Shown: positions 1-12,705, numbered from the stretch's first letter. The stretch is 33,986 nt of DNA from Octopus bimaculoides (GCF_001194135.2 NC_068988.1:95152033-95186018), one strand, 5' to 3'. The notes: generated from the letters alone by a model not told the origin. Numbers and translations are program-made.

Positions 1-51
<51 letters not shown>

Positions 52-356
52 TATATACATGTGTATATATAATAAATATTATACATACTCACATATTTAC
101 ACTCATCTTTAGAGGTGCGTTTATTTGTGTGTATTTGTATAATATTTTAATCTTCTTCCGGTCAATAGACTGAGGCCATTCTGCAGTATCACCTTGACGA
201 ATTTTTAGTTAAATAAATCGACCCCACTAAATAATCTTTTGATCCCCACTATGTTACCTGGTATCTTAACCCACCAACACTGGTTCTGAAGTCGTGGTGG
301 AGAATGAAAATGAAATTATATATATATACATATACATATCTATATGTACATACAAA

Positions 357-437
<81 letters not shown>
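1..437. repeat. (AT)n at window start; (TATC)9 at 357-392 followed by (TA)n running into a gap
   Basis: Directly visible simple repeats. Confidence 0.95.
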
Positions 438-819
438 NNNNNNNNNNNNNNNNNNNNNNNNNNNNNNNNNNNNNNNNNNNNNNNNNNNNNNNNNNNNNNN
501 NNNNNNNNNNNNNNNNNNNNNNNNNNNNNNNNNNNNNNNNNNNNNNNNNNNNNNNNNNNNNNNNNNNNNNNNNNNNNNNNNNNNNNNNNNNNNNNNNNNN
601 NNNNNNNNNNNNNNNNNNNNNNNNNNNNNNNNNNNNNNNNNNNNNNNNNNNNNNNNNNNNNNNNNNNNNNNNNNNNNNNNNNNNNNNNNNNNNNNNNNNN
701 NNNNNNNNNNNNNNNNNNNNNNNNNNNNNNNNNNNNNNNNNNNNNNNNNNNNNNNNNNNNNNNNNNNNNNNNNNNNNNNNNNNNNNNNNNNNNNNNNNNN
801 NNNNNNNNNNNNNNNNNNN
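438..819. other. Assembly gap (N run); others at 1943-2644, 3134-3563, 5154-5309, 10227-10236, 11408-12300, 13034-13146, 15189-15475, 20197-20770, 26818-26827
   Basis: N runs; most are bordered by (AT)n tracts on one or both sides, as expected for short-read collapse at dinucleotide repeats. Confidence 0.99.
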
Positions 820-851
<32 letters not shown>

Positions 852-1385
852 GTTGGATGGACAGATGTAAATATTATTGAAATACTTGTAGAATTCAGAT
901 GTATATGTGCATCTATGTACATGTATATGTATACATGCATAGTTTTACATATATACATATAAATGTATATCCGTACATTTGCATGTATGTTTGTCTTTTG
1001 TTTTTATGGATATGCATGTATTTATTTATACGTGTAGGAAATCATGTCTGAGATGAAATCTGTAATATTTGTTAATATTTATATTTCAGAGAAGCCCAGT
1101 AAATTTACATACATCGACAATTAGCGAATCTAAAAATGTTTTGACATACATATGCGAGCGTACACGATGTACCCTTTTTAACATCGCTATTTCAAACATA
1201 CATACATATATGTGTGTGTGCGAGAGGGTATTCGTGTGTGTGTGTGTGTGTCTGTCTGTCTGTCTGTGTCTGTGTGTTGAGACATGTAGAGAATTTTGTA
1301 ATTTCTCACATGTATCTGCAATCGGATTGCGGCCATGCTGGAACATCGTCTTTACGGTTTTAATCGAAATGAATCTATAAATTGC

Positions 1386-1666
1386 TTATTCTTTTGAAGC
1401 CTACATTGCATTCTATCAGTGCCTTTTGACGAGGCCATTAATATACGGTGACGTAAACAAACCATCACCGGTAATGAAGCTTCATAAATATATGCACACA
1501 CACACATACATACGTATATGCAAACATGCAAACATAACGGACTTCTGTAAATTTTCCTCCACCAAATCCTTTCGCAAACACTTGGTCGGCCGAGGTTATA
1601 TTAGATAACATCCGTCCAAGGTGCCACACTGGGGGACTGATCCCAGAACCACTACATTGGGAAGCA
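1386..1666 (-). mobile_element. Old diverged copy of tRNA-derived SINE family A
   Basis: Colinear similarity to the 4975-5495 copy: ttattcttt..aagcct, gacgtaaaca, ccaaatcc, ttggtcggcc-gagg-tat, ccaaggtgccac, gggactga..cc.gaacca, with an internal CA/TA-rich tract. Confidence 0.7.
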
Positions 1667-3093
1667 TTATTTGTATGTATGTATGTACTTAGGTATATAT
1701 ATTTTTTAAATATTTTAACACACATATATGAGCGTTTTTGATGTACACTCTCTTCACATTGTATATCAGCAGCCTTATTTGAAGAGCGAACATATATATA
1801 TATATGAACAATTATATATCTATATACATATATATAAATGTATATATACATATATATATGCACAAATAAATATATACACATATATATATGCACAACTATA
1901 TAAATATCTGTATACATATATATATATATGTACATGTATATANNNNNNNNNNNNNNNNNNNNNNNNNNNNNNNNNNNNNNNNNNNNNNNNNNNNNNNNNN
2001 NNNNNNNNNNNNNNNNNNNNNNNNNNNNNNNNNNNNNNNNNNNNNNNNNNNNNNNNNNNNNNNNNNNNNNNNNNNNNNNNNNNNNNNNNNNNNNNNNNNN
2101 NNNNNNNNNNNNNNNNNNNNNNNNNNNNNNNNNNNNNNNNNNNNNNNNNNNNNNNNNNNNNNNNNNNNNNNNNNNNNNNNNNNNNNNNNNNNNNNNNNNN
2201 NNNNNNNNNNNNNNNNNNNNNNNNNNNNNNNNNNNNNNNNNNNNNNNNNNNNNNNNNNNNNNNNNNNNNNNNNNNNNNNNNNNNNNNNNNNNNNNNNNNN
2301 NNNNNNNNNNNNNNNNNNNNNNNNNNNNNNNNNNNNNNNNNNNNNNNNNNNNNNNNNNNNNNNNNNNNNNNNNNNNNNNNNNNNNNNNNNNNNNNNNNNN
2401 NNNNNNNNNNNNNNNNNNNNNNNNNNNNNNNNNNNNNNNNNNNNNNNNNNNNNNNNNNNNNNNNNNNNNNNNNNNNNNNNNNNNNNNNNNNNNNNNNNNN
2501 NNNNNNNNNNNNNNNNNNNNNNNNNNNNNNNNNNNNNNNNNNNNNNNNNNNNNNNNNNNNNNNNNNNNNNNNNNNNNNNNNNNNNNNNNNNNNNNNNNNN
2601 NNNNNNNNNNNNNNNNNNNNNNNNNNNNNNNNNNNNNNNNNNNNTATATATGTTCAAATAGAAGGGTTAGTTTTTTTGTGTATATGTAATTATATATTAA
2701 TATATTTATAATATTATATATTCAATGATCTCAGGTAAATATACACCGAAAATTAATCATATTAATATATTCATGTAAAATTATTCGGTGGAATTGTGTT
2801 TGAAGATAAAATGTATGTGAACGTGCACTTTTTTTCTCTGTCTCTGATATATATGTGTACGCGCGTTGGTTATTGTTTGGTTGTATATAAATATGTGTAT
2901 GGAAGCAATTAAGTGTGTTTACATAAAACATGATTATAAGCTTACAATGAAGAACATTTCGAATCTCTTTTGTTGTGCACTCATTCGGAAAATATGTATT
3001 AATTACGTACATACCAACGTGTATATATACATAAATACACATGTATATATATATAAATATATATACATATGCCAACGTGTGTTTATACATATA

Positions 3094-3133
<40 letters not shown>

Positions 3134-3851
3134 NNNNNNNNNNNNNNNNNNNNNNNNNNNNNNNNNNNNNNNNNNNNNNNNNNNNNNNNNNNNNNNNNNN
3201 NNNNNNNNNNNNNNNNNNNNNNNNNNNNNNNNNNNNNNNNNNNNNNNNNNNNNNNNNNNNNNNNNNNNNNNNNNNNNNNNNNNNNNNNNNNNNNNNNNNN
3301 NNNNNNNNNNNNNNNNNNNNNNNNNNNNNNNNNNNNNNNNNNNNNNNNNNNNNNNNNNNNNNNNNNNNNNNNNNNNNNNNNNNNNNNNNNNNNNNNNNNN
3401 NNNNNNNNNNNNNNNNNNNNNNNNNNNNNNNNNNNNNNNNNNNNNNNNNNNNNNNNNNNNNNNNNNNNNNNNNNNNNNNNNNNNNNNNNNNNNNNNNNNN
3501 NNNNNNNNNNNNNNNNNNNNNNNNNNNNNNNNNNNNNNNNNNNNNNNNNNNNNNNNNNNNNNNTATGTGTATATATATGCACACACACACATGTATATAT
3601 ATACATATATACTTATACGCTCTCGAATCGTTCTGTATGAAATATCAAGTTGACATTATTATTGATTCAGGCTGTATTACGTTTCAGATACATGTTTAAA
3701 TGCATGTAATTACTAACATGTATATATTACAAACACGCACACACGCATGCATACGCACACATACACACGCAAGCATACTCACACGCGTGTATACACATAT
3801 ATGCAAACACACACACACACACACGCATAGGAATTCACACAGTCACAACAC

Positions 3852-3898
<47 letters not shown>

Positions 3899-4124
3899 AT
3901 TTGTATCCGAACACATTTGTAAGTTCGTTTAAATTCAGTTTTGTAGATATTCGTACATATAGTCTCTTATACATGCTTAAGAAATAGAGAGATTGGTAGA
4001 TGCACACACACGCACGTATGTGTGTGTAAAGAAGCAATCTCACTCTCCTCCACAAACACACACCCAAATGCGCATGCGCAGAACACATGCACACATGCAC
4101 CCATACACGCGCACCGATATCTAA

Positions 4125-4950
4125 CTTGTGTCTAAAGAGTTTCGCATTTCGTATGTGTATCGCGGACCCCACCAGACTGCTCTGATCGAAATCGGTAAGC
4201 AGCTCCTTTCTGCAATACACGTAGAGGGCAGTGAGGACCAACGTTCTATGTGTGACATAGCGTAATGATTTATGTAGTGCCAGATGTCCTGTTGGGGCCA
4301 GACACGGTCAATGGAAACTATAAAAGGGTTAAAAGAGAAAAGTAAAGTTTCAGGATGGCTGATTGAATGTGTTATGGAACCAGCCAACTGTGATGAGCAA
4401 ATGTCACCTTAACGGACTGAGATGAGGGGCAGCGAGGTTGTGTGTCAAAGTTCATGCCATATTTGGAAGTGGCTTTATGATGAGGTGATCTGGTCTCCGT
4501 GTGATGCAGAAGTAGCACCATCCCACATATGAGATCTCTATTCCGTCTTGGGTCTCTTCTGATGTTTGTAGAGTTGGAGACTAAGTATTTTAGGGCCCAA
4601 AAGAGAAGTTGCGATCTCTGTTGAAGTGGTCTTAGTTAGGTTATATATACCCAGTGAGAGAAAGGCCGAACGAGCACTCGTGATTAGGACATATGTGTAC
4701 ACTGTTGTTGTTCATTGATATATTCTTGCTGTCGTGTCAAGGCTGGTCTGTCTTCATTGGGGAGTGTTTTTGTGATTCATGGAAGGAGTGAAATTTACTC
4801 GTGCGATGAAAGGATGACACACGTTTGGGGATGTTTAGGAGAAACTGATGGTGGTGTCCTGTGTTTAAGAAAGGCGTTGATAAGCATGACATGAAGTCGT
4901 TGGTGTATTGAAGGGTGTAGAAATTACAACAGAATTCTGGTGTTGATAGA
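4125..4950 (-). mobile_element. Degenerate Jockey/CR1-like LINE, RT C-terminal half to 3' end
   Basis: Minus-strand translation gives QYTNDFMSCLSTP (cf. LYINDLLSSTSNP), LYKHQKRPKTE*RSHMWDGAT (cf. LYKAQIRPxMEYCSHIWxGA) and NPFIVSIDR...RWSSLPSTC (cf. HPFTV...LWNSLP); many stops and frameshifts. Confidence 0.7.
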
Positions 4951-4974
4951 AATAAGGAGAGAGAAAACTTTATT

Positions 4975-5495
4975 TAGATTCTTTTATCCTTTTATTCTTT
5001 TACTTGTTTCAGTCATTTGACTGCGGCTATGCTGGAGCACCGCCTTTAGTCGAGCAAATCGACCCCAGGACTTATCTTTGGAAGCCTAGTACTTATTCTA
5101 TCAGTCTCTTTTGCTGAACTACTATGTTATGGGGACGTAAACACACCAGCATGNNNNNNNNNNNNNNNNNNNNNNNNNNNNNNNNNNNNNNNNNNNNNNN
5201 NNNNNNNNNNNNNNNNNNNNNNNNNNNNNNNNNNNNNNNNNNNNNNNNNNNNNNNNNNNNNNNNNNNNNNNNNNNNNNNNNNNNNNNNNNNNNNNNNNNN
5301 NNNNNNNNNATATATATATATATATATATATATACAACGGGCTTCTTTCAGTTTCCATCTGCCAAATCCACTCACAAGGCTTTGGTCGGCCCGAGGCTAT
5401 AGAAGACACTCGCCCAAGGTGCCACGCAGTAGGACTGAGCCCGGAACCATGTGACTGGCTAGCAAGCTACTTACCACACAGCCACTCCTGCGCCT
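4975..5495 (-). mobile_element. tRNA-derived SINE family A, near full length (spans gap 5154-5309)
   Basis: Minus strand begins AGGCGCAGGAGTGGCTGTGTGGTAAG (A-box-like), GGGCTCAGTCC (B-box-like), then a CACCTTGGGCGAGTGTCTT CORE-like motif, an internal (TA)n tract, and ends GCTCCAGCATAGCCGCAGTCAAATGACTGAAACAAGTAAAAGAATAAAA. Confidence 0.85.
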
Positions 5496-5577
5496 ATTTA
5501 CATTTGACGTATATTTGTCCTCATTCTGTTTGTTGTTAACACAACGTTTCGGCTTATATTCCCTCCAGCCTTCATGA
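5496..5577 (-). mobile_element. 3' tail fragment of the hammerhead-bearing SINE, truncated inside the ribozyme core
   Basis: Minus strand reads ATGAAGGCTGGAGGGAATATAAGCCGAAACGTTGTGTTAACAACAAACAGAATGAGGACAAATATACGTCAAATGTAAAT, homologous to 29775-29855. Confidence 0.85.
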
Positions 5578-5579
5578 TG

Positions 5580-5900
5580 GAAGGAAATGGAAGAGATATT
5601 GTTAGGGTCGGTGATCTTGTGGTCATACTGATTTGAAAGGACCAAGTGTATCTTCTTATTTTTTGAAAAGAATCAGAAAGATCAGATGTAGTGTGGATGG
5701 CAGGTTAACTTGAGGGTTGTAGAAGTTTGAACAGAGATCTTGCAAGAATCGTGCTGCTGGACAATATTGCCCTGGTTTTATGGTTGATTGAGTTTCTCCG
5801 GTGAAACTGCACTTGAATTTTACTAAAACAGCTTCAAGGCCTCTGGGTTTAACTACTACAGAGATCTGGAGTACTGAGTGTTGAAGACTGTATGTCTAAA
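5580..5900 (-). mobile_element. Possible LINE apurinic-endonuclease remnant, same strand as 4125-4950
   Basis: Minus translation ARFLQDLCSNFYNPQVNLPSTLHLIFL...LGP/SNQYDH loosely resembles QxVxFPT...LDLFL...PLGxSDH; heavily decayed. Confidence 0.35.
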
Positions 5901-6249
5901 GACATGACTATTTGTGTATATGTGTGTGTTTAATTGTGTGTGTCTCTTTGTGCTGGTCACTACCCACTGCCTACAGAGAGGGACGAGGTTGCCAGACACG
6001 AGCCTTTTCACCTCTGGAAGTCTACCTGCTGTAGATGTTAAGTTTCATTTAAAAATTCCCGTCTTTTCATAAGTCTCACGCGGGTATTGTGGCACATATG
6101 TTAGGGAGTAAACCGCTTGATGTAGAGTGCAACCGTGGTCTGGTGTTCACCTCCACAATTTTCTCAAAAATTCTGCATTCAAGTTGCCACCAAACATACG
6201 ACTGGCACAACAAATATAATAAAGAAGAATTATCTGTATGTATATGTAT

Positions 6250-6302
6250 ATATGTGTCGGTGGTGCTCCAGCATGGCAGCAAACGACTGAAACAAAAGAA
6301 TA
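6250..6302 (+). mobile_element. 3' end fragment of SINE family A
   Basis: GGTGGTGCTCCAGCATGGCAGCAAACGACTGAAACAAAAGAATAA matches the reverse complement of 4990-5045. Confidence 0.75.
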
Positions 6303-7094
6303 AGACAATATATGTATGCATGTGTATGTATGAATGAATGTATATATTCTGAAAATAAGATGTATGCCCAATGGAGAAATCTTGATATGTATAAAAATCT
6401 TCTATGAATATGATTATAAAGAATACCCCCCCACACACACACACATGAACACAAAGACAGCAATGGAATAGTGTTATGTTCACTTGCATCCATGCAGCTA
6501 AAACACAGACTTTCACATATATACGCATGTGTGGGCAAGTGTATGTATAAATGTATCTATATACACATATCTTGCATTTATTTTTTAAACTTGATTTATT
6601 TATCTATTTATTTATTTATTAATAAATAAATAACTTGCAACACAGTAGAAGAAAAAGAAAGCATTATAACCTGGTTTATTCAAATTCTACCAACACATTT
6701 CGAAAAAAAAAAGAAAGAATAGATCTGTTTATCTGCATCGTAATTTATTTATTTTTTATGCGAATGTATGAACTTTTCTCTTCTTATTCGAGAAAAAAAA
6801 CAACTTTAAATTATAAAATAATATGAAATGCACCAACTGTCCGCTTGCCGGTAGAAAAAAAAATCAATTCCTACGAAATCATCTATAATTGTCAATATCG
6901 TTAAATTAGTGCAAGGTTGCAGGGGTGTGTACTGGTGGTGGTGGTGCTGGTGGGGGGATGTCTGTAATCAGTAGAATGTTAGATTTGGTTTCGCCTACCT
7001 GTTTTATTATAACTCCCAACCTAGTCAATTTTGCCAATATGTAAATATGTTCCATATGAAGGCAGAGCTTTTTTGTTATCCAAAATCTTCTAGG

Positions 7095-7132
<38 letters not shown>

Positions 7133-7294
7133 GCAAAAACAACAAGAAAATTAGCATAATAAGGAAAAACGAAAGAAACGCAAGTAACATGGAAGGTTGT
7201 TCTGAAGAAAGAGAATACAGATGATTTTTGCGAGAAAAGAATTTTATTCGTCAAGTGCAGAGGTACTAACAAATTGCCGCACACTTACCTACAG

Positions 7295-7700
7295 ACACTC
7301 AGGTATTCCCGTATTCTAACCTATACACCCACATCTCATTCAGATGAGGTCCACAATAGAATATTGGTCTCACATCTGGAACAGTGCCGATGACTCATGC
7401 AAAGACATCGATGACTGCATCCAGAAAAAGTATCAACAAACGGATTGGTCAAAAATTACTCATATACTTTATGCGAAACACCGAGCCTTTTAGGTTCTTG
7501 CTACCTCCCCCCTGGTACCCCATTGGTCTCTCATTTTCTTACTGTATCCCACACCTCAGATTCCATTCTCATCTCTTAAGCAAGTTCTTCCTTCTCAGCA
7601 ATTTCTTTTCTGCTCATATCGTTCAGGCAGTTGTCGACTTGCAAAAGTTTCAGGGGGATATGAATGACATGGATCTCACCAGTCTTCGTTGTCTTACGAA
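7295..7700 (+). mobile_element. Degenerate Jockey/CR1-like LINE 3' fragment
   Basis: QMRSTIEYWSHIWNSA...DCIQKK (cf. QIRPTMEYCSHIWGxA...DRIQKK) and, in another frame, LQKFQGDMNDMDLTSL (cf. LQxFKSNINKLDL); frameshifted. Confidence 0.65.
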
Positions 7701-8460
7701 AGCCAAGGGATCGACTCCTTCCTTCAGATCCACAGAGAGAAAAAGAATCTTAGCTTCCTAGAATCAATTAATTTGGCAAATAGATATCCATTGTTTTATT
7801 CTTTTATTCTTTCACTGGTTTTAGTTATTGGAGAGCAACCATTTTGGGACTACAAACACACACACATACACACAGTGAGCATGTTCTTGCAACTGACCCC
7901 TTTTCACTCGATAAAACATTCATTCATATAAATCACTCAAAAATATTGTCTGTTACTACACGTGACAAAAAGAATGACTCTTTTCTGCAAAGAAACAATC
8001 TTCCCTTCTAAACTCTTGCGTCTTCAGTTCTTTCAAAATGCAATATTCATTGAAAGAACATTGTTTATACGAAACGTTTTGTTTCGTTCCTCTTTGTTCG
8101 TCTCCATTTTCTTCTGTACATTTCTTTCTTGACGAAGCGCTGCAGTCCGAATCATTGAAATGTTTTAATTTTTGTTTCCTTAAAATTTTCTGTAAAATTA
8201 ATAACCTCGTCGTCGTACTGCTTGGTTGATTGTTGCTGATACCGCTTGGACATCATTAATGATCGTTGGTTTCAGTTTACATCTGGACTATATTCACAGT
8301 TTTCTCTGTGATTGATTCAATGGTCTCCGATATTGGTGTTTTACAGTAGCAAGTAGGACATCAAGATATCGACCTATCCTCCAACCAAAGCTTAAGTTCG
8401 AATGCTTATAACAAACTTGTTCTGGTTAATGGCACCCAAGGAACATGTTATGGTGTTAAA

Positions 8461-8585
8461 TCTAGTGACATATTGCCTGTATTGTCCAAGAAAAGCTACG
8501 ATTTAATTAAACGGGTTTCTGAATATGAAATCCGTTTGAACGAATTGTAGCTTTTCTTGGACAACAGAGGCAATATTTCACCAGA
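8461..8585. repeat. 125-bp indel-free palindrome (59-bp stem, 7-nt loop); MITE-like or hairpin RNA
   Basis: Positions pair as i+j=17046 from 8461/8585 to 8519/8527: 49 Watson-Crick pairs, 4 G-U, 6 mismatches on the + strand (counted by hand). Confidence 0.9.
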
Positions 8586-8603
8586 CATGTTGTTGTTGTT
8601 GTT

Positions 8604-8726
8604 GAGATCGACTTTGCCTTTCATCCTTTCGGAGTCGATAAAACAAATATCAGCCGAATACTAGGGTCGGTGGAATCGACTCATCCCCTTCCCCAAAATG
8701 GGTGCTCTTATGGCAAAATTTGAAAC

Positions 8727-8727
<1 letters not shown>
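8604..8727 (+). mobile_element. 5'-truncated SINE family B with (ATT)n tail
   Basis: GATCGACTTTGCCTTTCATCCTTTCGGAGTCGATAAAA...GGGTCG..GAATCGACT matches the reverse complement of 15085-15170; followed by a long (ATT)n. Confidence 0.8.
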
Positions 8728-8801
<74 letters not shown>

Positions 8802-8812
8802 CATTATTATTA

Positions 8813-8874
<62 letters not shown>
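8728..8874. repeat. (ATT)n microsatellite, about 49 units
   Basis: Directly visible; source of the poly-I and poly-L ORFs. Confidence 0.97.
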
Positions 8875-8877
<3 letters not shown>

Positions 8878-9886
8878 ACTATGACTAGAGTTTTCTTGGC
8901 ATTTGTTGAGTTCGATTTAGCATGTAGCTAAATAACTTTGAATTTTTTGTATTCTCTGTGAAGCAGGAGACTGTCACAATGGGATTGGCAGATATTAACT
9001 TGAATTGGTCACGACAGTGTGTCAGTTTGCAAAGTCAGTTAGACTCCATCCTTAGCCTTCAGCGCTTTGATCCTTACACTTAACCTAGCTCAAATATATT
9101 TTGAGATTTTGACATGACTGCTCTGAGCTGTGGTTACTCTGGTCAGTTTTGTATGAAACATTTGTGACATGTGAGTGAGCTTATATAACAGAGAAACTAC
9201 AATCTGTATTTTGCAGTCGGGTTCCTGTACATTGTATGCACATACCTTTTGCTTTACATTCATTTTTGATTTATAATTCACACTGATATGAATTTATCTA
9301 TCGATAAGAACTAATCACTTAACTTATGTCAATTGTCTTCAATTTAAACGAAGATCTTGCGTGTCTTTTCTTCATTTAAGGCTTTACTACAGAACCAGTC
9401 GACATCTTCTACAATTTGCGCTTTATTTCAACATCTTTGCACCGTTTGATGACGCTACTCCCAATTCTATTTCTGGAAAGATTGATTTTATAAAACTCTT
9501 GCTTTAAAACCCATATTATTTTCAATTTAGAATATGTTTCTCTAGACACGCAAAAGTGTAACATCAATAGTTTATACCCGTGTAGAAATATGAGAGTTTA
9601 AAGACCACGACATGATTATGAAATTTGGTTTCTTGCCAGACGATAGAGATAAGTGGCTTTCTTGACGCAATAACTAGTTTATAACGATAGACAGACGAAG
9701 ATTAAGTACCTATTCTCCTTAGCAATTGAAAGAACACAAGCAGAAATGGCTATATACCGCTCAGAAATAATTTGCACTCGAGGCGAATGAAGATAAAGTC
9801 CTCAACTATAAACAGACTTCAGCCATATTAAATTTCTCGGTAACCTAATGTCGAATAGTTTAACTAATTTCTGTTTTCATTTGAAG

Positions 9887-9912
9887 CATTGAACATCATT
9901 GATATCCTTCAG
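9887..9912 (+). CDS. Candidate 26-nt internal exon, xLNIIDILQ (phase 1 in, phase 0 out)
   Basis: Branch-like TAACTAAT at 9861-9868, pyrimidine tract TTTCTGTTTTCATTTG, AAG| acceptor and a consensus CAG|GTAAGT donor; only one frame is open. No homology evidence. Confidence 0.4.
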
Positions 9913-10051
9913 GTAAGTAGAAGCAATATTCAATATCATGTCTCCGCATTTTTGTAATTGATAAAACAAATACCAGTTATATACTGTGTTTAGAGACAAT
10001 CACTACGGATATTGATGTTCCCGACCTTCTGTCAACATTAAAATAAATTAA

Positions 10052-10110
10052 TTGTTGTTGTTGTTGTTGTTGTTGTTGTTATTGTTGCTGCTGCTGCTGC
10101 TGCTGCTGCT
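10052..10110. repeat. Compound (TTG)n(CTG)n microsatellite
   Basis: Directly visible. Confidence 0.9.
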
Positions 10111-10298
10111 ACTTCTGCTGTTGACGTAGTTGTTGCAATTGATCATTGAAGACATTTAGATCAGAATTATGAATTCCCTGTTTGACATTTGCACATATCT
10201 CCTAAAATACATCACTTGTTAAAGAANNNNNNNNNNTTATGAATTCCCTGTTTGACATTTGCACATATCTCCTAAAATACATCACTTGTTAAAGAATG

Positions 10299-10418
10299 AC
10301 ATAATAATAATAACAACAATAACAATAATAATAACAACAATAATAATAATGATAATAATAATAACAATAATGATAATAATAATAATAATAATGATAATAA
10401 TAGTAACAATAATGATAA
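10299..10418. repeat. Imperfect (AAT/AAC/GAT)n tract
   Basis: Directly visible. Confidence 0.9.
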
Positions 10419-11300
10419 TTCTTATAAAGCAGGAAGAATTTTTTTTTACTTATTTGACGATTCATTTAACACAGAAACCACCAAATGTTAAACTCCAAAA
10501 TTGGAGTCCACAGACCCCCCCCCCTTTCTCCCTTCTACAACTCTCTCTACTTCTCTTCTCTTTCTCACTGTTTCCCTCTCTTTCTTCCTCGCCCCCCCTT
10601 TCACTCTCCCCAGTTTTGCTCACGTCCCCAACTCTCCAGCCTGCAATCACTCACCATCGATAGAAACAACTATAACTACAACAACAAATAAAAAATAAAT
10701 AAATAAATAAAACAAATAAATAAATAAATAAAACAACAGTAACAACAACAACAAGAATATTTAAGAATGACATCAAAGTGGAAATGCATTACTTTTTTGC
10801 TCGTGAGAGGATGTAATGACTTCAATGACACAAATAATGCACATACACATACACACACACATATATATATATACAAATGCACATATACACACCTACACAT
10901 ATATACACACATATAAATATACGAAGCACATTCGTGGACACATGTTTATAACGGCACACTCACTTAAGACACGTAATATCCTGAAATAGTTTTGCCTCAT
11001 TAACAAAACGTGTGCAGAGATAGTGATAGAAAGCTCTAATTGAGTTGTGCGCCCCCCCCCTCCGCCCCACGGTAGCGGTGTAAGGGGTCTAATTTACATA
11101 ATTCCTGCTCTTTTGTTCTCTGAGATTATCTGCGGGAATTTGTGCAATTTAGATGAAGATTACTGCCAGCTAATAGCACTTGCATATAAAGTCAGCGAAA
11201 CATGGGTCAGAAATGCACAAAAAAATGACAGAAAATAGAGAAAAAAAAATTACTTTTTAACGCCAGCCTCACAGACTCCACACCTGCCACTTTAATTATT

Positions 11301-11341
<41 letters not shown>

Positions 11342-12300
11342 CCATATGCCATATGCGCAGGTATAAGCTGTTTGTTAACGAACAAAATAACAGCTATATA
11401 TATATATNNNNNNNNNNNNNNNNNNNNNNNNNNNNNNNNNNNNNNNNNNNNNNNNNNNNNNNNNNNNNNNNNNNNNNNNNNNNNNNNNNNNNNNNNNNNN
11501 NNNNNNNNNNNNNNNNNNNNNNNNNNNNNNNNNNNNNNNNNNNNNNNNNNNNNNNNNNNNNNNNNNNNNNNNNNNNNNNNNNNNNNNNNNNNNNNNNNNN
11601 NNNNNNNNNNNNNNNNNNNNNNNNNNNNNNNNNNNNNNNNNNNNNNNNNNNNNNNNNNNNNNNNNNNNNNNNNNNNNNNNNNNNNNNNNNNNNNNNNNNN
11701 NNNNNNNNNNNNNNNNNNNNNNNNNNNNNNNNNNNNNNNNNNNNNNNNNNNNNNNNNNNNNNNNNNNNNNNNNNNNNNNNNNNNNNNNNNNNNNNNNNNN
11801 NNNNNNNNNNNNNNNNNNNNNNNNNNNNNNNNNNNNNNNNNNNNNNNNNNNNNNNNNNNNNNNNNNNNNNNNNNNNNNNNNNNNNNNNNNNNNNNNNNNN
11901 NNNNNNNNNNNNNNNNNNNNNNNNNNNNNNNNNNNNNNNNNNNNNNNNNNNNNNNNNNNNNNNNNNNNNNNNNNNNNNNNNNNNNNNNNNNNNNNNNNNN
12001 NNNNNNNNNNNNNNNNNNNNNNNNNNNNNNNNNNNNNNNNNNNNNNNNNNNNNNNNNNNNNNNNNNNNNNNNNNNNNNNNNNNNNNNNNNNNNNNNNNNN
12101 NNNNNNNNNNNNNNNNNNNNNNNNNNNNNNNNNNNNNNNNNNNNNNNNNNNNNNNNNNNNNNNNNNNNNNNNNNNNNNNNNNNNNNNNNNNNNNNNNNNN
12201 NNNNNNNNNNNNNNNNNNNNNNNNNNNNNNNNNNNNNNNNNNNNNNNNNNNNNNNNNNNNNNNNNNNNNNNNNNNNNNNNNNNNNNNNNNNNNNNNNNNN

Positions 12301-12339
<39 letters not shown>

Positions 12340-12606
12340 CACACATACACACATACATATATATATTATATAATATTATCATATACAATGTATATATGTT
12401 ATATTATATATTGTATATTAGATTATATATTATATATACGCACGCACAAAGTAGTATAAAATATGGATTCAGAGAATCATGTGGCTTCCACATTAAGCTC
12501 TCCATTAGGAAATGGCTATCAGTCAACAAAGTAATTGATTACCGGTTTGTGTAATGTAATCCGTTCCGTGCAACTGAAAATCTATGAATACATGTTAATA
12601 AACTAC

Positions 12607-12610
<4 letters not shown>

Positions 12611-12650
<40 letters not shown>

Positions 12651-12652
12651 CA

Positions 12653-12705
<53 letters not shown>

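Noticed and set aside
294-3699. Long ORFs rich in I/Y/X (also at 11.3-12.4, 15.0-15.6 and 20.0-20.9 kb)
   Set aside because: They are translations of (AT)n tracts and N gaps, which contain no stop codons.
8661-8931. Poly-Ile, poly-Leu and poly-Tyr ORFs (also 10259-10663, 12535-12798, 21204-21441, 29583-30024)
   Set aside because: Translations of trinucleotide microsatellites; no splice or homology support.
9381-9506. Acceptor TCTTTTCTTCATTTAAG followed by short open frames
   Set aside because: No donor; all frames close within about 125 nt and none resembles a known protein.
10167-10296. Exact 60-bp direct repeat (10167-10226 and 10237-10296)
   Set aside because: The copies flank a 10-N placeholder gap, the usual sign of unmerged overlapping contig ends.
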